A stretch of DNA of 37,944 nt, from the IMG/VR virus record IMGVR_UViG_3300011113_000204, positions 1 through 37,944 of that record. One strand, 5' to 3'. The notes under the pieces are model-generated. The model had not been told where the DNA came from. It saw nothing but the letters and a program-made list of their open reading frames with translations, and ran no database searches. Below are positions 1 through 7,496 of the stretch, in pieces. Every line of letters starts with the position of its first letter. Position 1 is the first letter of the stretch. The DNA comes from a virus. Its lineage: Duplodnaviria > Caudoviricetes. Position numbers and translations under genes: made by a program.

Positions 1-127
1 ACATGCCAGTGGTCATGGGTGTGGCCGCACATCACCACATCAGCATCCGGCAACCACGACGCCATGCGTCTGGTCGCCAACACCCCGTGGGTCATCGGGC
101 CACCACCGCCGCTGCCGTGGAAGTAGC
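1..127. repeat. 127-bp terminal direct repeat (identical to 37818-37944); circular assembly overlap
   Basis: Exact match between the first and last 127 bases. 127 is a common assembler k-mer, and an ORF reads through the junction. Confidence 0.95.
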
Positions 128-659
128 GCAGACGCAGCACGAACTGCTTGCTCTTGTGCAGCATGACCCGGAACACCACCCACCCGCCGTACCCTCCGGC
201 ATGGACAGGCACCCCGCTGGCCTGCGACATGCTCGCGCACAGGCGCTCCGTCAGGTCGATCTCGTGGCGCTTGGTGATCGCCGTCTCGTGGTTCCCGCGC
301 CCGATCACCGCGAACTGCTTCGCGTACGGGCTGTAGAACTCCGAAGCATGGCGCACGACAGCATCGAGGTAGTCAGGGGCGCACGCTAACTCCGGTCGCA
401 GACTGCCTTTAGGTGATCTCGGGTCCCACTTCCCACCCATAACATCGAACAGGTCACCGTTATCGACCACCGTGGCATTCCGCACCACGGCCTCGTCTAG
501 GTGCTTGCGCTCCAAGTCCCAGTCGGCGTGCGTCGAGTCGTGGTGCCTGTCGCTCGACAGCAGCACCCAATGCTCAAACGCAGGAATCGACATCCCGCCG
601 TCAACCTCAACGACATGGACGTTGCGGCTCTCGCGCCTGACCGTCCAGTCGTGGGGCAT
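1..659 (-). CDS. Calcineurin-like metallophosphoesterase, 5' part (continues across the circular junction to 37583; about 297 aa in total)
   Basis: Manual translation from ATG 659: MPHDWTVRR...LLSSDRHHD...DNGDLFD...GRGNHE...YFHGSGGGGP, joining in frame to ...MCGHTHDH. This gives the D-x-H, GD, GNH, H and GHxH motifs. Confidence 0.85.
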   Translation of the reverse strand, partial: MPHDWTVRRESRNVHVVEVDGGMSIPAFEHWVLLSSDRHHDSTHADWDLERKHLDEAVVRNATVVDNGDLFDVMGGKWDPRSPKGSLRPELACAPDYLDAVVRHASEFYSPYAKQFAVIGRGNHETAITKRHEIDLTERLCASMSQASGVPVHAGGYGGWVVFRVMLHKSKQFVLRLRYFHGSGGGGPMTHGVLATRRMASWLPDADVVMCGHTHDHWH

Positions 660-660
660 C

Positions 661-798
661 TCAACGGCCCCGCTTCTTGGTTGTCTTCTTCTTCGTCGCG
701 ACCTTGCCAGCAGCCTTCGCCTCGCGTGTCCAACGCGCAGCGATCTTCGGATGCTTCGCGTACATGAACCGACGCTGGCGATCGCTCTCAAAGGGCAT
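661..798 (-). CDS. Small basic phage protein (45 aa, MPFESDRQRRFMYAKHPKIAARW...KKKTTKKRGR)
   Basis: Manual translation; TGATG coupling to the upstream gene; resembles the common MPFKS..QRR.M.A..P.IA..W phage peptides. Confidence 0.75.
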   Translation of the reverse strand: MPFESDRQRRFMYAKHPKIAARWTREAKAAGKVATKKKTTKKRGR

Positions 799-923
799 CA
801 CTTCCACCCCTTCTTCATCGCCGCATACGCCTTCGCGCTCACCGTTGACTTCGACTTGGGACGGCTAATCCCAGCCTTCTTGCGACGGTTGATGTTGCCC
901 ACCAGTGAGTTCTTCTTCGCCAT
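798..923 (-). CDS. Small basic phage protein (41 aa, MAKKNSLVGNINRRKKAGISRPKSKSTVSAKAYAAMKKGWK)
   Basis: Manual translation; packs exactly between its neighbours; K/R-rich. Confidence 0.75.
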   Translation of the reverse strand: MAKKNSLVGNINRRKKAGISRPKSKSTVSAKAYAAMKKGWK

Positions 924-924
924 G

Positions 925-1155
925 TCAGCATCCCCACCTTCGACGCGCTGCCTTGCCGCGCTCCCCAGTCCACGACCGGGATCGAGCGCAGAACGACTTG
1001 TGACGCGGGTTGTCCTTGTCCTTCGTCGGCGCCTTCAGGTTGCTCCCCGTCTCCCGGTTGTGCTTCGCACGGCCCTTCGCCGTCAAACCAGCACCACGGG
1101 ACACAGGCAACTTCTCGCCGCGACCGACACTCAACTTGACAGTCTTCTTCGCCAT
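925..1155 (-). CDS. Small basic protein, DUF6321-like (76 aa)
   Basis: The motif GLTAKGRAKHNRETGSNLKAP...RHKSFCAR...ARRRWGC is typical of DUF6321-like phage proteins. Confidence 0.75.
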   Translation of the reverse strand: MAKKTVKLSVGRGEKLPVSRGAGLTAKGRAKHNRETGSNLKAPTKDKDNPRHKSFCARSRSWTGERGKAARRRWGC

Positions 1156-1171
1156 GCACACCACCGTACCG

Positions 1172-2899
1172 TCACCACTCGCGAGTCACGTCATCGTGCT
1201 TCAAGATTGCGCCCAGCGTGTCGCCCCCGTACTCGCTCTCCTCCTCCACCGCAGGACCAGCCTCGCCGCAGAGCATCAACGCCCCGGCCAGCGCAATCAC
1301 CCGGTCGCCGTGAGCCTCACGCGCACCGCTCGCCTCGTCTCGCCTGCTGCCTGCCTCGATGCTGCCATCGTCAAGGATCACATACTCCAGCATCTCGTCG
1401 AGCGCCTCGCCGCTTGGCACCACCACCTCGCCCTGCGCCAACGCACGAGCAAGGTCGCCCAGCAACTGGCGCTTCGCTCGCTTCGTGCTGGTCCAGCCCA
1501 CACGCCGGGTCGCTCGCTCGCTCGTGGTCCCCGTCTGCCGCTGCCTGTAGATCGCCGGGTACTGCGCTCGCTCAAAGTCGTGCTGCAAGGTCGCGCCCGG
1601 TCCGTTGGTCTCCCACCCCACCAGCGTGGCTCGCCTGCCCCGCCACACACGCCGCACGGCGTTCGACACCTCAAGGGCAAGGTCGTAGGTCGAGATGTTC
1701 GGGTCAACGAACTCCGCCACCACCCGGCGAGCGGTCGCGTCCATGATGCACACCGCGCTGTTCGCGCTGCCCGTGCCGTGCGACGGGTCGATGAAGGCGA
1801 CATACTCCGTCGCCCTCGTCGGGTCGCCCCACACCCGCCAGCGCCCCTGCGGCTCGCGCACCAACTTGCCGCGCACGACCTCGCACCGCTTCGGATCCGC
1901 CGCGTGTTCGTCCCGGTGCTTGGTCACGATGTGCGACGGGAAGAATGCCGCGCCGCTGCCGACCGACTCCGCGAAGACATTCTGCGCGAGGTCAACGCGA
2001 TCGCGGCGCTTCGCCTGCTCCGCGAGCCACGGCGACCATGTGAACGGCGAGCCTGCGAACCCGGTGACAGTGCCGTCCTCGTCGATGCGCTGCTCCGCGC
2101 CTGCGCCCTTCTCCGGGTGGTCCCAGTACATCAACTCGACTAGGCGCGGCTCGCCCTTGGTCCGCGCCGTCGCCACCAGCCGCGAGTACTCGCTGCCTGC
2201 GCCGATGGGCGTGCTGTTCGCGACGCGGCACGATGTGCAGTCCGCCGCGCTGCGCCACGCCGCCGCCGCGTTGTCGAGCGCAGCGAACTCGTCGAAGAGG
2301 ACGAAGGTCCGGCGACCACCGCGCCCGATGTGTTCGGTGCTGGCCTGCCCTGTGATCGTCGCGCCGCTCTCCGGGTGTCGCAGCACCATGTGCTGGCGGA
2401 ACTCGCCGCCCTTGGCGAGCGCGTCCGGGTCGCAGGGCAGCAGCCACCGTGGCTGGCTGCTCAAAAGGTAGTCGAGTTTCCAAAAGAGCGAGTCAGGGTC
2501 GCCCGTGCGATCGACGAGGTCCTCGACGCGGCTGACCAGCAGCGACTGCCAGCCCTTGAACATCCAGCCCCACACCGCGATGGCGGAGACCAGCCACGAC
2601 GCTCCCATGTCGCGGCTCTTGCGGATCACGACATCGCGGCCAGCCTCGATGCCCTCGATGACTTCGGTGGCTGCGCGGCGCTGGCATGGCCAGAGCGTGA
2701 ACGGGACATGGGGCTGGCGCACCGGGCGCTCGCGCCCGTCGTCGCCCACCTCCTTGACGCGGAAGGTCCACGCGGTCGCGTCGGCCCACGCCGGGAATGA
2801 CTGTGCGAAGGCGGCGCGGATGTGCGGCTGCTCCGCCGCGCTGGCGTTCAGAACGCGCTGCCGGAGTTGAATGATCGCGATCGGGTCAGGGCTTGGCAT
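1172..2899 (-). CDS. terL: Terminase large subunit
   Basis: Walker A-like KSRDMGAS, Walker B VLFDEFA, motif III NSTP, RNase H-like AFIDPSHG and HGDRVIALA. Start taken at MPSPDP (2899), overlapping the end of terS. Confidence 0.93.
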   Translation of the reverse strand: MPSPDPIAIIQLRQRVLNASAAEQPHIRAAFAQSFPAWADATAWTFRVKEVGDDGRERPVRQPHVPFTLWPCQRRAATEVIEGIEAGRDVVIRKSRDMGASWLVSAIAVWGWMFKGWQSLLVSRVEDLVDRTGDPDSLFWKLDYLLSSQPRWLLPCDPDALAKGGEFRQHMVLRHPESGATITGQASTEHIGRGGRRTFVLFDEFAALDNAAAAWRSAADCTSCRVANSTPIGAGSEYSRLVATARTKGEPRLVELMYWDHPEKGAGAEQRIDEDGTVTGFAGSPFTWSPWLAEQAKRRDRVDLAQNVFAESVGSGAAFFPSHIVTKHRDEHAADPKRCEVVRGKLVREPQGRWRVWGDPTRATEYVAFIDPSHGTGSANSAVCIMDATARRVVAEFVDPNISTYDLALEVSNAVRRVWRGRRATLVGWETNGPGATLQHDFERAQYPAIYRQRQTGTTSERATRRVGWTSTKRAKRQLLGDLARALAQGEVVVPSGEALDEMLEYVILDDGSIEAGSRRDEASGAREAHGDRVIALAGALMLCGEAGPAVEEESEYGGDTLGAILKHDDVTREW

Positions 2900-3365
2900 T
2901 GCCCTGCCCGGGCGGCAGCATGGCCGCGCTCCACTCCGCGAGCATGGCCGCGCCACGGCCAGCATCGCCCTGCTCGATGGCGATCGGACCGCCGTTGGCA
3001 CCCGTGTGTTCGACCTGCGACCGCTCGCGGTAGGTCGCTGGCTTGAGCGCCTTGAGCCGGAACATCAGCACCTGCACCGCCGCGCTGTTTAGTTCACGCT
3101 CGCCGTTGACGACCGCGTCCGCGATGGCCTCCAGCCGGCGAGCCGTGAGCGGCTCGATCATGTCCCACGCTGCCCTGAACCGCTCGTCGTTGGCGTACCA
3201 GCGGCAGGGTGTGAACTCCGCCACGCCAGCGGCCCGTGCAGCCCCGCAGACGCCCTCTGACGGCAGCGAGGCGAGGAAGACCGCCTTCCGTGCCTCGATC
3301 TCTTCCGCGTCTCTAGCAGGCACATCGCCCCTCTCGCGCTTTGGCAATTGCATGGTGCGCTGCAT
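2886..3365 (-). CDS. terS: Terminase small subunit (HTH-type); start may be 3353
   Basis: HTH-like GVCGAARAAGVAEFTPCRWY, then LMFRLKALKPATYRERSQVEHTGANGGPI, a typical TerS C-terminus; directly upstream of terL. Confidence 0.82.
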   Translation of the reverse strand: MQRTMQLPKRERGDVPARDAEEIEARKAVFLASLPSEGVCGAARAAGVAEFTPCRWYANDERFRAAWDMIEPLTARRLEAIADAVVNGERELNSAAVQVLMFRLKALKPATYRERSQVEHTGANGGPIAIEQGDAGRGAAMLAEWSAAMLPPGQGNAKP

Positions 3366-3435
3366 TGGACCAACCCCGCGCTATCGCCGTGGAATCGGCC
3401 CAAAAGAAAATCTTCAGAATCTGCCCACCCCCTAC

Positions 3436-3463
3436 TTGACATTGCAGTACCTTGCAGTACTGT
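3436..3463 (+). promoter_or_regulatory. Sigma70-type early promoter TTGACA-N16-TACTGT, overlaid by three TGCAGT direct repeats
   Basis: Perfect -35 at 3436-3441 and -10 at 3458-3463; TGCAGT at 3443, 3453 and 3463 (10-bp period); heads the only + strand operon. Confidence 0.75.
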
Positions 3464-3471
3464 GCAGTCAT

Positions 3472-3507
3472 CATCGAACTACTCGATGGTCCTCTTTGAC
3501 AAGTCAA
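3472..3507 (+). promoter_or_regulatory. Leader hairpin followed by a boxA-like element (CTCTTTGACAA)
   Basis: CATCGA-N5-TCGATG hairpin at 3472-3488, then CTCTTTGACAA at 3492-3502, resembling boxA (GCTCTTTAACAA); overlapping palindrome TTGAC-AA-GTCAA. Confidence 0.45.
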
Positions 3508-3533
3508 CCTCAACCGACACGGTTTGAGCCTGC

Positions 3534-3600
3534 CGCCTCCGAACGAGGCGCATGGCCTGCACCGTGCAGGATTCACACCAACTCACATGGAGACACTGAC
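3534..3600 (+). repeat. Early-gene leader element, copy 1 (hairpin 1 + CCTGCACCGTGCAGG + CACATGGAGACAC RBS block)
   Basis: CGCCTC/GAGGCG stem at 3534-3550, palindrome at 3556-3570, RBS block at 3584-3600. Confidence 0.8.
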
Positions 3601-3951
3601 ATGACCACCATCGACACCTTCGGCATCATCCGCAACGCGAAACTGATTGGCGAGAACACGACCAATCCCGACGCGGCCAACGCGCTCGCGATGGAACTGG
3701 CTCGCACCGTTGCCTCGACCCTGACGGTCTGCGATGCCCAGTTCAATGTCATCGAGACCGCCATCTGCCGCATCGCGGTCGCGACCCGGATGCTCAACGA
3801 CCTCCGGGTGTTCAAGTCGCACCTTCGGTTCCAGTCAGCCATCGACAGCAAGCCGCTGGCCGACACTCTGATCCCGACCGGGAACGCCCTGACCGACATC
3901 GTCAAGCAGTCCGAAGCACTGCTCAAGACCACGATCGACAGCCTCGTCTGA
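3601..3951 (+). CDS. Early hypothetical protein (116 aa, MTTIDTFG...)
   Basis: GGAGA RBS before ATG 3601; C/G-ending codon bias. Confidence 0.8.
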   Translation: MTTIDTFGIIRNAKLIGENTTNPDAANALAMELARTVASTLTVCDAQFNVIETAICRIAVATRMLNDLRVFKSHLRFQSAIDSKPLADTLIPTGNALTDIVKQSEALLKTTIDSLV

Positions 3952-3982
3952 CCGACGCACCCACACACATGGAGACACTGAC

Positions 3983-4192
3983 ATGACCACCATCTTCCAC
4001 ATCGACGCGAACACGCACTTCGTTATCCACTCCAAGCGTGAGGTTCTGCAACCAACGAACTGGTCTACAGGTTCGCGCATCTGCGCCACGCAGCAGGTTG
4101 ACACGATCGAGACCTCGACAGGGCGGGTGCTTGATTCCACCATCAACTGCTTTTGGTACACCGCCGACGGGCGGTTCGTTCGCGTGTCCTGA
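3983..4192 (+). CDS. Early hypothetical protein (69 aa, MTTIFHID...)
   Basis: Preceded by the same 29-bp RBS/start block as the 3601 gene (3966-3994 = 3584-3612). Confidence 0.75.
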   Translation: MTTIFHIDANTHFVIHSKREVLQPTNWSTGSRICATQQVDTIETSTGRVLDSTINCFWYTADGRFVRVS

Positions 4193-4210
4193 CTGACCGA
4201 CGCACGGCTC

Positions 4211-4278
4211 GACCCCCTCCGGGGGGTCCTGCCCTGCACCGTGCAGGACGCCTTGAACACCTTCACATGGAGACACAC
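4211..4278 (+). repeat. Early-gene leader element, full copy 2
   Basis: GACCCCC-TCCG-GGGGGTC at 4211-4228, CCTGCACCGTGCAGG at 4233-4247, then TCACATGGAGACACAC before ATG 4279. Confidence 0.85.
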
Positions 4279-4734
4279 ATGACCGCGACGATTCAGTACC
4301 CCGTGACCGTGACCCTTGAGGCCAGCACCCTGCTGTCCAACTACTGCACCCTGTTGGCCCGGTCGGCGCTGCTCCGCATCGAGCGTGCGGAGGCCGACGC
4401 CTACTGGTCCAGCGAGTGCGGACGCGCTCGCAGCAACGCCATGCACTGCGGCCAGCAGGATGCCGTCGGCGCCCGACTGGAAAGCCTGACCAGCACCGCC
4501 GAAGCGTTTGAGGCGACCGCTGCGTCGATCGCCGCTGCGCTCGATGCTGCCGGGTTCCGTGCGCCCCGCTTGCTGAACCACGAGATGCTGCTCGACAGCA
4601 GCGTGGTGGATTCCATCATCCACCACCACGACTACCTCGCGAACATCCGCGAGGACCTTCGCGACATCATCGCGACGGGTCGATCGTATGACTCGCGCAA
4701 CACCGGATCGATCGTGTACACGACCAACGCCTGA
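4279..4734 (+). CDS. Early hypothetical protein (151 aa, MTATIQYP...)
   Basis: Repeat-associated RBS; lies within ORF 4153..4734. Confidence 0.78.
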   Translation: MTATIQYPVTVTLEASTLLSNYCTLLARSALLRIERAEADAYWSSECGRARSNAMHCGQQDAVGARLESLTSTAEAFEATAASIAAALDAAGFRAPRLLNHEMLLDSSVVDSIIHHHDYLANIREDLRDIIATGRSYDSRNTGSIVYTTNA

Positions 4735-4748
4735 CCGGAGACACCACC

Positions 4749-4961
4749 ATGTTCGACATCGTTTTCATCAACGCCAAGTACGCGGGTCTCGACTCCGACG
4801 GTCGTCGGTTCGGGCGAGGCCAGCGCATCGCGTACGATCGCCGTCGCAAGGTCGTTGTGACCTGTGACCCCAGCCGCATCGAGTCGATCGAGCGCCAGCA
4901 GGTGGCCGACCGATTCGACATGGACTGGGAGGACCGATGCGCCGCATCCTGCGGCCTCTGA
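4749..4961 (+). CDS. Early hypothetical protein (70 aa)
   Basis: GGAGACAC RBS; the I.AKY.G...G..I.Y and C-terminal WEDRCAASCGL pattern resembles small phage proteins. Confidence 0.75.
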   Translation: MFDIVFINAKYAGLDSDGRRFGRGQRIAYDRRRKVVVTCDPSRIESIERQQVADRFDMDWEDRCAASCGL

Positions 4962-4976
4962 CACGGGACTAGGTCA

Positions 4977-5043
4977 CCCGCCCTCCGGGGCGGGGATCCC
5001 AGCACCGTGCTGGACACTCACACTCACTCACATGGAGACACAC
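4977..5043 (+). repeat. Early-gene leader element, full copy 3 (with compensatory changes)
   Basis: CCCGCCC-TCCG-GGGCGGG at 4977-4994, CCAGCACCGTGCTGG at 4999-5013, then TCACATGGAGACACAC before ATG 5044. Confidence 0.85.
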
Positions 5044-5481
5044 ATGGCAATTGGACCCCGACTGTTCACTGACGCGCACTACGAACCCCAGCGCAACGCG
5101 CAGGCCAACCTCGACGGCCTGACGCACTACTGCGACGACGGCACACTGTCATTCTTCGGAGGCCGCATCGATGTCTCTACTGCCAGCCCCAGCGGCCTGT
5201 ACTTCGGCATCGTCGAGAGCATGAAGCACCCCGCCAGCAACGGCAAGCGCGAGTACCGGGCAGTTTGGTTCGATGTGTCCGGCCACTGCAACCGTTGCGA
5301 GTTCCGCAAGGACAAGTCGCACGCGCTGGGCGATATGCAGGCGGCGCTGCGCGATGCCGACGCCGACCCGGTGCTGGTCAAGGAAACGATCGAGCGCATC
5401 CGGGACCGTTGCGAGCATGACATCGAGCGCATCCGTCAGGCTGCGGAGGCGTTCGGCAAGCGGCGGCGGGGCGAGTCGTGA
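5044..5481 (+). CDS. Early hypothetical protein (145 aa, MAIGPRLF...)
   Basis: Repeat-associated RBS; THYCDDGTLSFFGGRI...GIVES resembles a conserved phage motif (H.FD..T..FF..RI). Confidence 0.8.
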   Translation: MAIGPRLFTDAHYEPQRNAQANLDGLTHYCDDGTLSFFGGRIDVSTASPSGLYFGIVESMKHPASNGKREYRAVWFDVSGHCNRCEFRKDKSHALGDMQAALRDADADPVLVKETIERIRDRCEHDIERIRQAAEAFGKRRRGES

Positions 5482-6056
5482 CCGCCGGACCTCGACGCCG
5501 CAAGGGGAAGGTCCCCTTCACGGCCTACATGGTCGAGGTCAACGACGATGGGTACCCGATCCGGGAGGGCCGCGAGCGCCCGGGTCGGGCCACCCTGTCC
5601 ATGCCCGTCCTCGACCTCGTCGAGGAGGTCCGGTCCCGCCACCCGGCGGTGGTCCGACTTCGCTTGGCGCGAGTTATGGCACACCAAGCCCGGGTCGCAG
5701 TCGAGGAACGGGAGTGGAAGGCGGCTCACCCCAAGCGCAGGCCCGGGAAGGCACCTAGCAAGCCCTCCAAGGCGTCCGCAGGGGTGGGGTGCTACCTCGA
5801 CACCACCCAGCCAGCCAAGGCCGCAGAATCGATCCTAGAGCCACTCCCCCCCAACCCCCCCCGGGAGGGGGGGTATGTGAATGTGGATGTGGATGTGGAT
5901 ACCACCGTTGAACGCACCGTTGAACGGGGCGTTGAACGTAGCGTTGAACGGGGCGTTGAACGCACCGTTGACCGTAGCGTTGACCGCTCGCAGGATGGCC
6001 CCGACCTGTGGCGGATTCCGAACCTGCCCGGGGTACTCTACATGGAGGACCTATGA
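5478..6056 (+). CDS. Hypothetical protein (192 aa) containing VER/VDR tandem repeats
   Basis: GTGA and ATGA overlaps with both neighbours; the C-terminal half is low-complexity and overlaps the repeat array. Confidence 0.55.
   Translation: MTAGPRRRKGKVPFTAYMVEVNDDGYPIREGRERPGRATLSMPVLDLVEEVRSRHPAVVRLRLARVMAHQARVAVEEREWKAAHPKRRPGKAPSKPSKASAGVGCYLDTTQPAKAAESILEPLPPNPPREGGYVNVDVDVDTTVERTVERGVERSVERGVERTVDRSVDRSQDGPDLWRIPNLPGVLYMEDL
5876..5987. repeat. Tandem repeats: 4x TGTG(G/A)A and 7x 12-bp nnCGTTGA(A/C)CGn (candidate iterons)
   Basis: 12-bp units at 5904, 5916, 5928, 5940, 5952, 5964 and 5976; preceded by C/G runs at about 5846-5873. Confidence 0.9.
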
Positions 6057-6289
6057 CGATCATCCACCTGCACCGCAGCCCCGACTCCACCGCATGGGTG
6101 GCACACTCCCAGCGCCGATGCTGGTACGCCAGCAGCCGCAGCGAGATCATGCGCCTACTGCACCGGGATTTGTGGTTCTTCAAGGTCGTCGGCATCGACA
6201 TGGACCTGCCCAACGGCCAGCCCGACGGCCAGCCCGACGACGGCGACCGTGATCCTGCGACCGGGACCGTGTACGGCGAACCCACCTGA
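6053..6289 (+). CDS. Hypothetical protein (78 aa, MTIIHLHR...)
   Basis: GGAGGA RBS and ATGA overlap; last gene before the terminator. Confidence 0.65.
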   Translation: MTIIHLHRSPDSTAWVAHSQRRCWYASSRSEIMRLLHRDLWFFKVVGIDMDLPNGQPDGQPDDGDRDPATGTVYGEPT

Positions 6290-6320
6290 TACACTCCCAC
6301 CAGTCTTTCCATGTGATTCG

Positions 6321-6359
6321 GCCCCTCGCTGCCCACCGGCAACGGGGGGCTTTCTTTTT
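6321..6359 (+). terminator. Rho-independent terminator of the early operon
   Basis: GCCCCTCGCTGCC-CACC-GGCAACGGGGGGC hairpin followed by TTTCTTTTT. Confidence 0.85.
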
Positions 6360-6670
6360 GCCATAAGGCACGGCCAGTACATGACTTGCAAGTTTGGCTG
6401 GATCGAACCCGCTACACTTCCCGGCAAGTGTCGCAGGTATGATCCGACTGCGGGTGTGTGGGCCTGCAAACTGCCCACGCGGGTGATCCCCCAAGGCCGC
6501 GAGGTACATCGGATCACGCTGTGCCGCTGATGTAGAAACAGCATCCCGCCGCAGGCAGGCGCCCCCAGTGGGCGCTGTGCCAATGGAAACGACCGCATCC
6601 TTGCGGTCGTCTTGCCGGGGTGAACGCTCCCCAGCGGAGTCCTGTGATGTCAACCGTTGGCACGGCCAGT

Positions 6671-7126
6671 TCATGCATCCAACCATGCGCCAGCAGCACG
6701 GTCGATGAACCGAAACCCGTCGATCGGAAAGTGAACCACCCGTTCGACATCCATCGGATCGCCACGGTCGCATCGACCGCCACTGCTGACCGACCACCCG
6801 TCAGGCACCAACGTGTCAATCCGAAGCCATCCGGCTGCGTCGATCCAGTTTACCAAGAATCCACCGGCGCAACCGGAGGCAATCGCGTGGTCGCGTAGGG
6901 TCGTTGCCTTGCCCTCGCTCACCATGAACGTGGGGTATGTGGCACTGGAACACTTGCGGAACTTGACCTCGACCAGCGCCAGCACCCGACCGTCGCGCAC
7001 CATCTCATAGTCCCATCGCGTCAATGGAGGCGTCTCGACGGCGGTCGTACCAGTCGCCGCAGATAGGTAGGACACCGCCTCGCGCTGACGCTGTCGATCG
7101 TCCGCTGTCTCGTACCTAGGTCGCAT
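6671..7126 (-). CDS. PD-(D/E)xK family nuclease
   Basis: WDYEMVRDGRVLALVEVKFRK fits the D...ExK catalytic pattern; start MRPRYET. Confidence 0.7.
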   Translation of the reverse strand: MRPRYETADDRQRQREAVSYLSAATGTTAVETPPLTRWDYEMVRDGRVLALVEVKFRKCSSATYPTFMVSEGKATTLRDHAIASGCAGGFLVNWIDAAGWLRIDTLVPDGWSVSSGGRCDRGDPMDVERVVHFPIDGFRFIDRAAGAWLDA

Positions 7127-7496
7127 CGCCAGCCTTCTCGACATCCTTCGCCGTGATCGTCACGCCCTCGTCCTTGCCGCAGCCACGGAACACCGCCGCC
7201 TTGATCTCGACCAGAACACGGTCGTCAACCCACCAGCCTGCGTCTGTCAGCCCGTCGAGGTATGCCTTGCACCGGCTGATCGCATTGTCTACGTCGGGTC
7301 CCTGCTTTCCCTTCACCCTGTACGCGATCGTCAGGCTGACGAACCGCAGGGGCATCGCCGGTGACACAGTCCCGCCGGTGATCCGGGCCATCAGCCGGTC
7401 GGCCTTGGTCAACTTGGCCTTCGCCGCCCAGTGGTCCCGGCCATTAGCCCCCCTGCTCTTCGGAATCGGGAGGGAGATCGAAACAGTCGCGCCCAT
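7116..7496 (-). CDS. rusA: RusA-like Holliday junction resolvase
   Basis: PDVDNAISRCKAYLDGLTDAGWWVDDR matches the RusA DxDN...K...D...DD motif; strong GGAGGAGG RBS. Confidence 0.8.
   Translation of the reverse strand: MGATVSISLPIPKSRGANGRDHWAAKAKLTKADRLMARITGGTVSPAMPLRFVSLTIAYRVKGKQGPDVDNAISRCKAYLDGLTDAGWWVDDRVLVEIKAAVFRGCGKDEGVTITAKDVEKAGDAT

Noticed and set aside
3587-3604. Mini-uORF METLT* (and in-frame METHM) inside the repeated RBS block
   Set aside because: The frame differs between copies and there is no upstream SD, so it is more simply a by-product of the CATGGAGAC RBS motif.
3534-5046. Early-region repeats as a CRISPR array or integron attC sites
   Set aside because: The spacing is gene-sized and irregular, the repeats include the RBS, and there are no cas or integron-integrase genes or attC R-box ends.
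6213-6238. Short 12-bp duplication ACGGCCAGCCCG x2
   Set aside because: It is a simple in-frame slippage duplication (GQPD x2) with no wider pattern.
6363-6678. Possible small - strand ORFs after the nuclease (MHELAVPT..., 54 aa; or MNWPCQR...)
   Set aside because: The frames compete, neither has a motif or clear codon bias, and one runs through the opposing terminator, so I cannot support a call.
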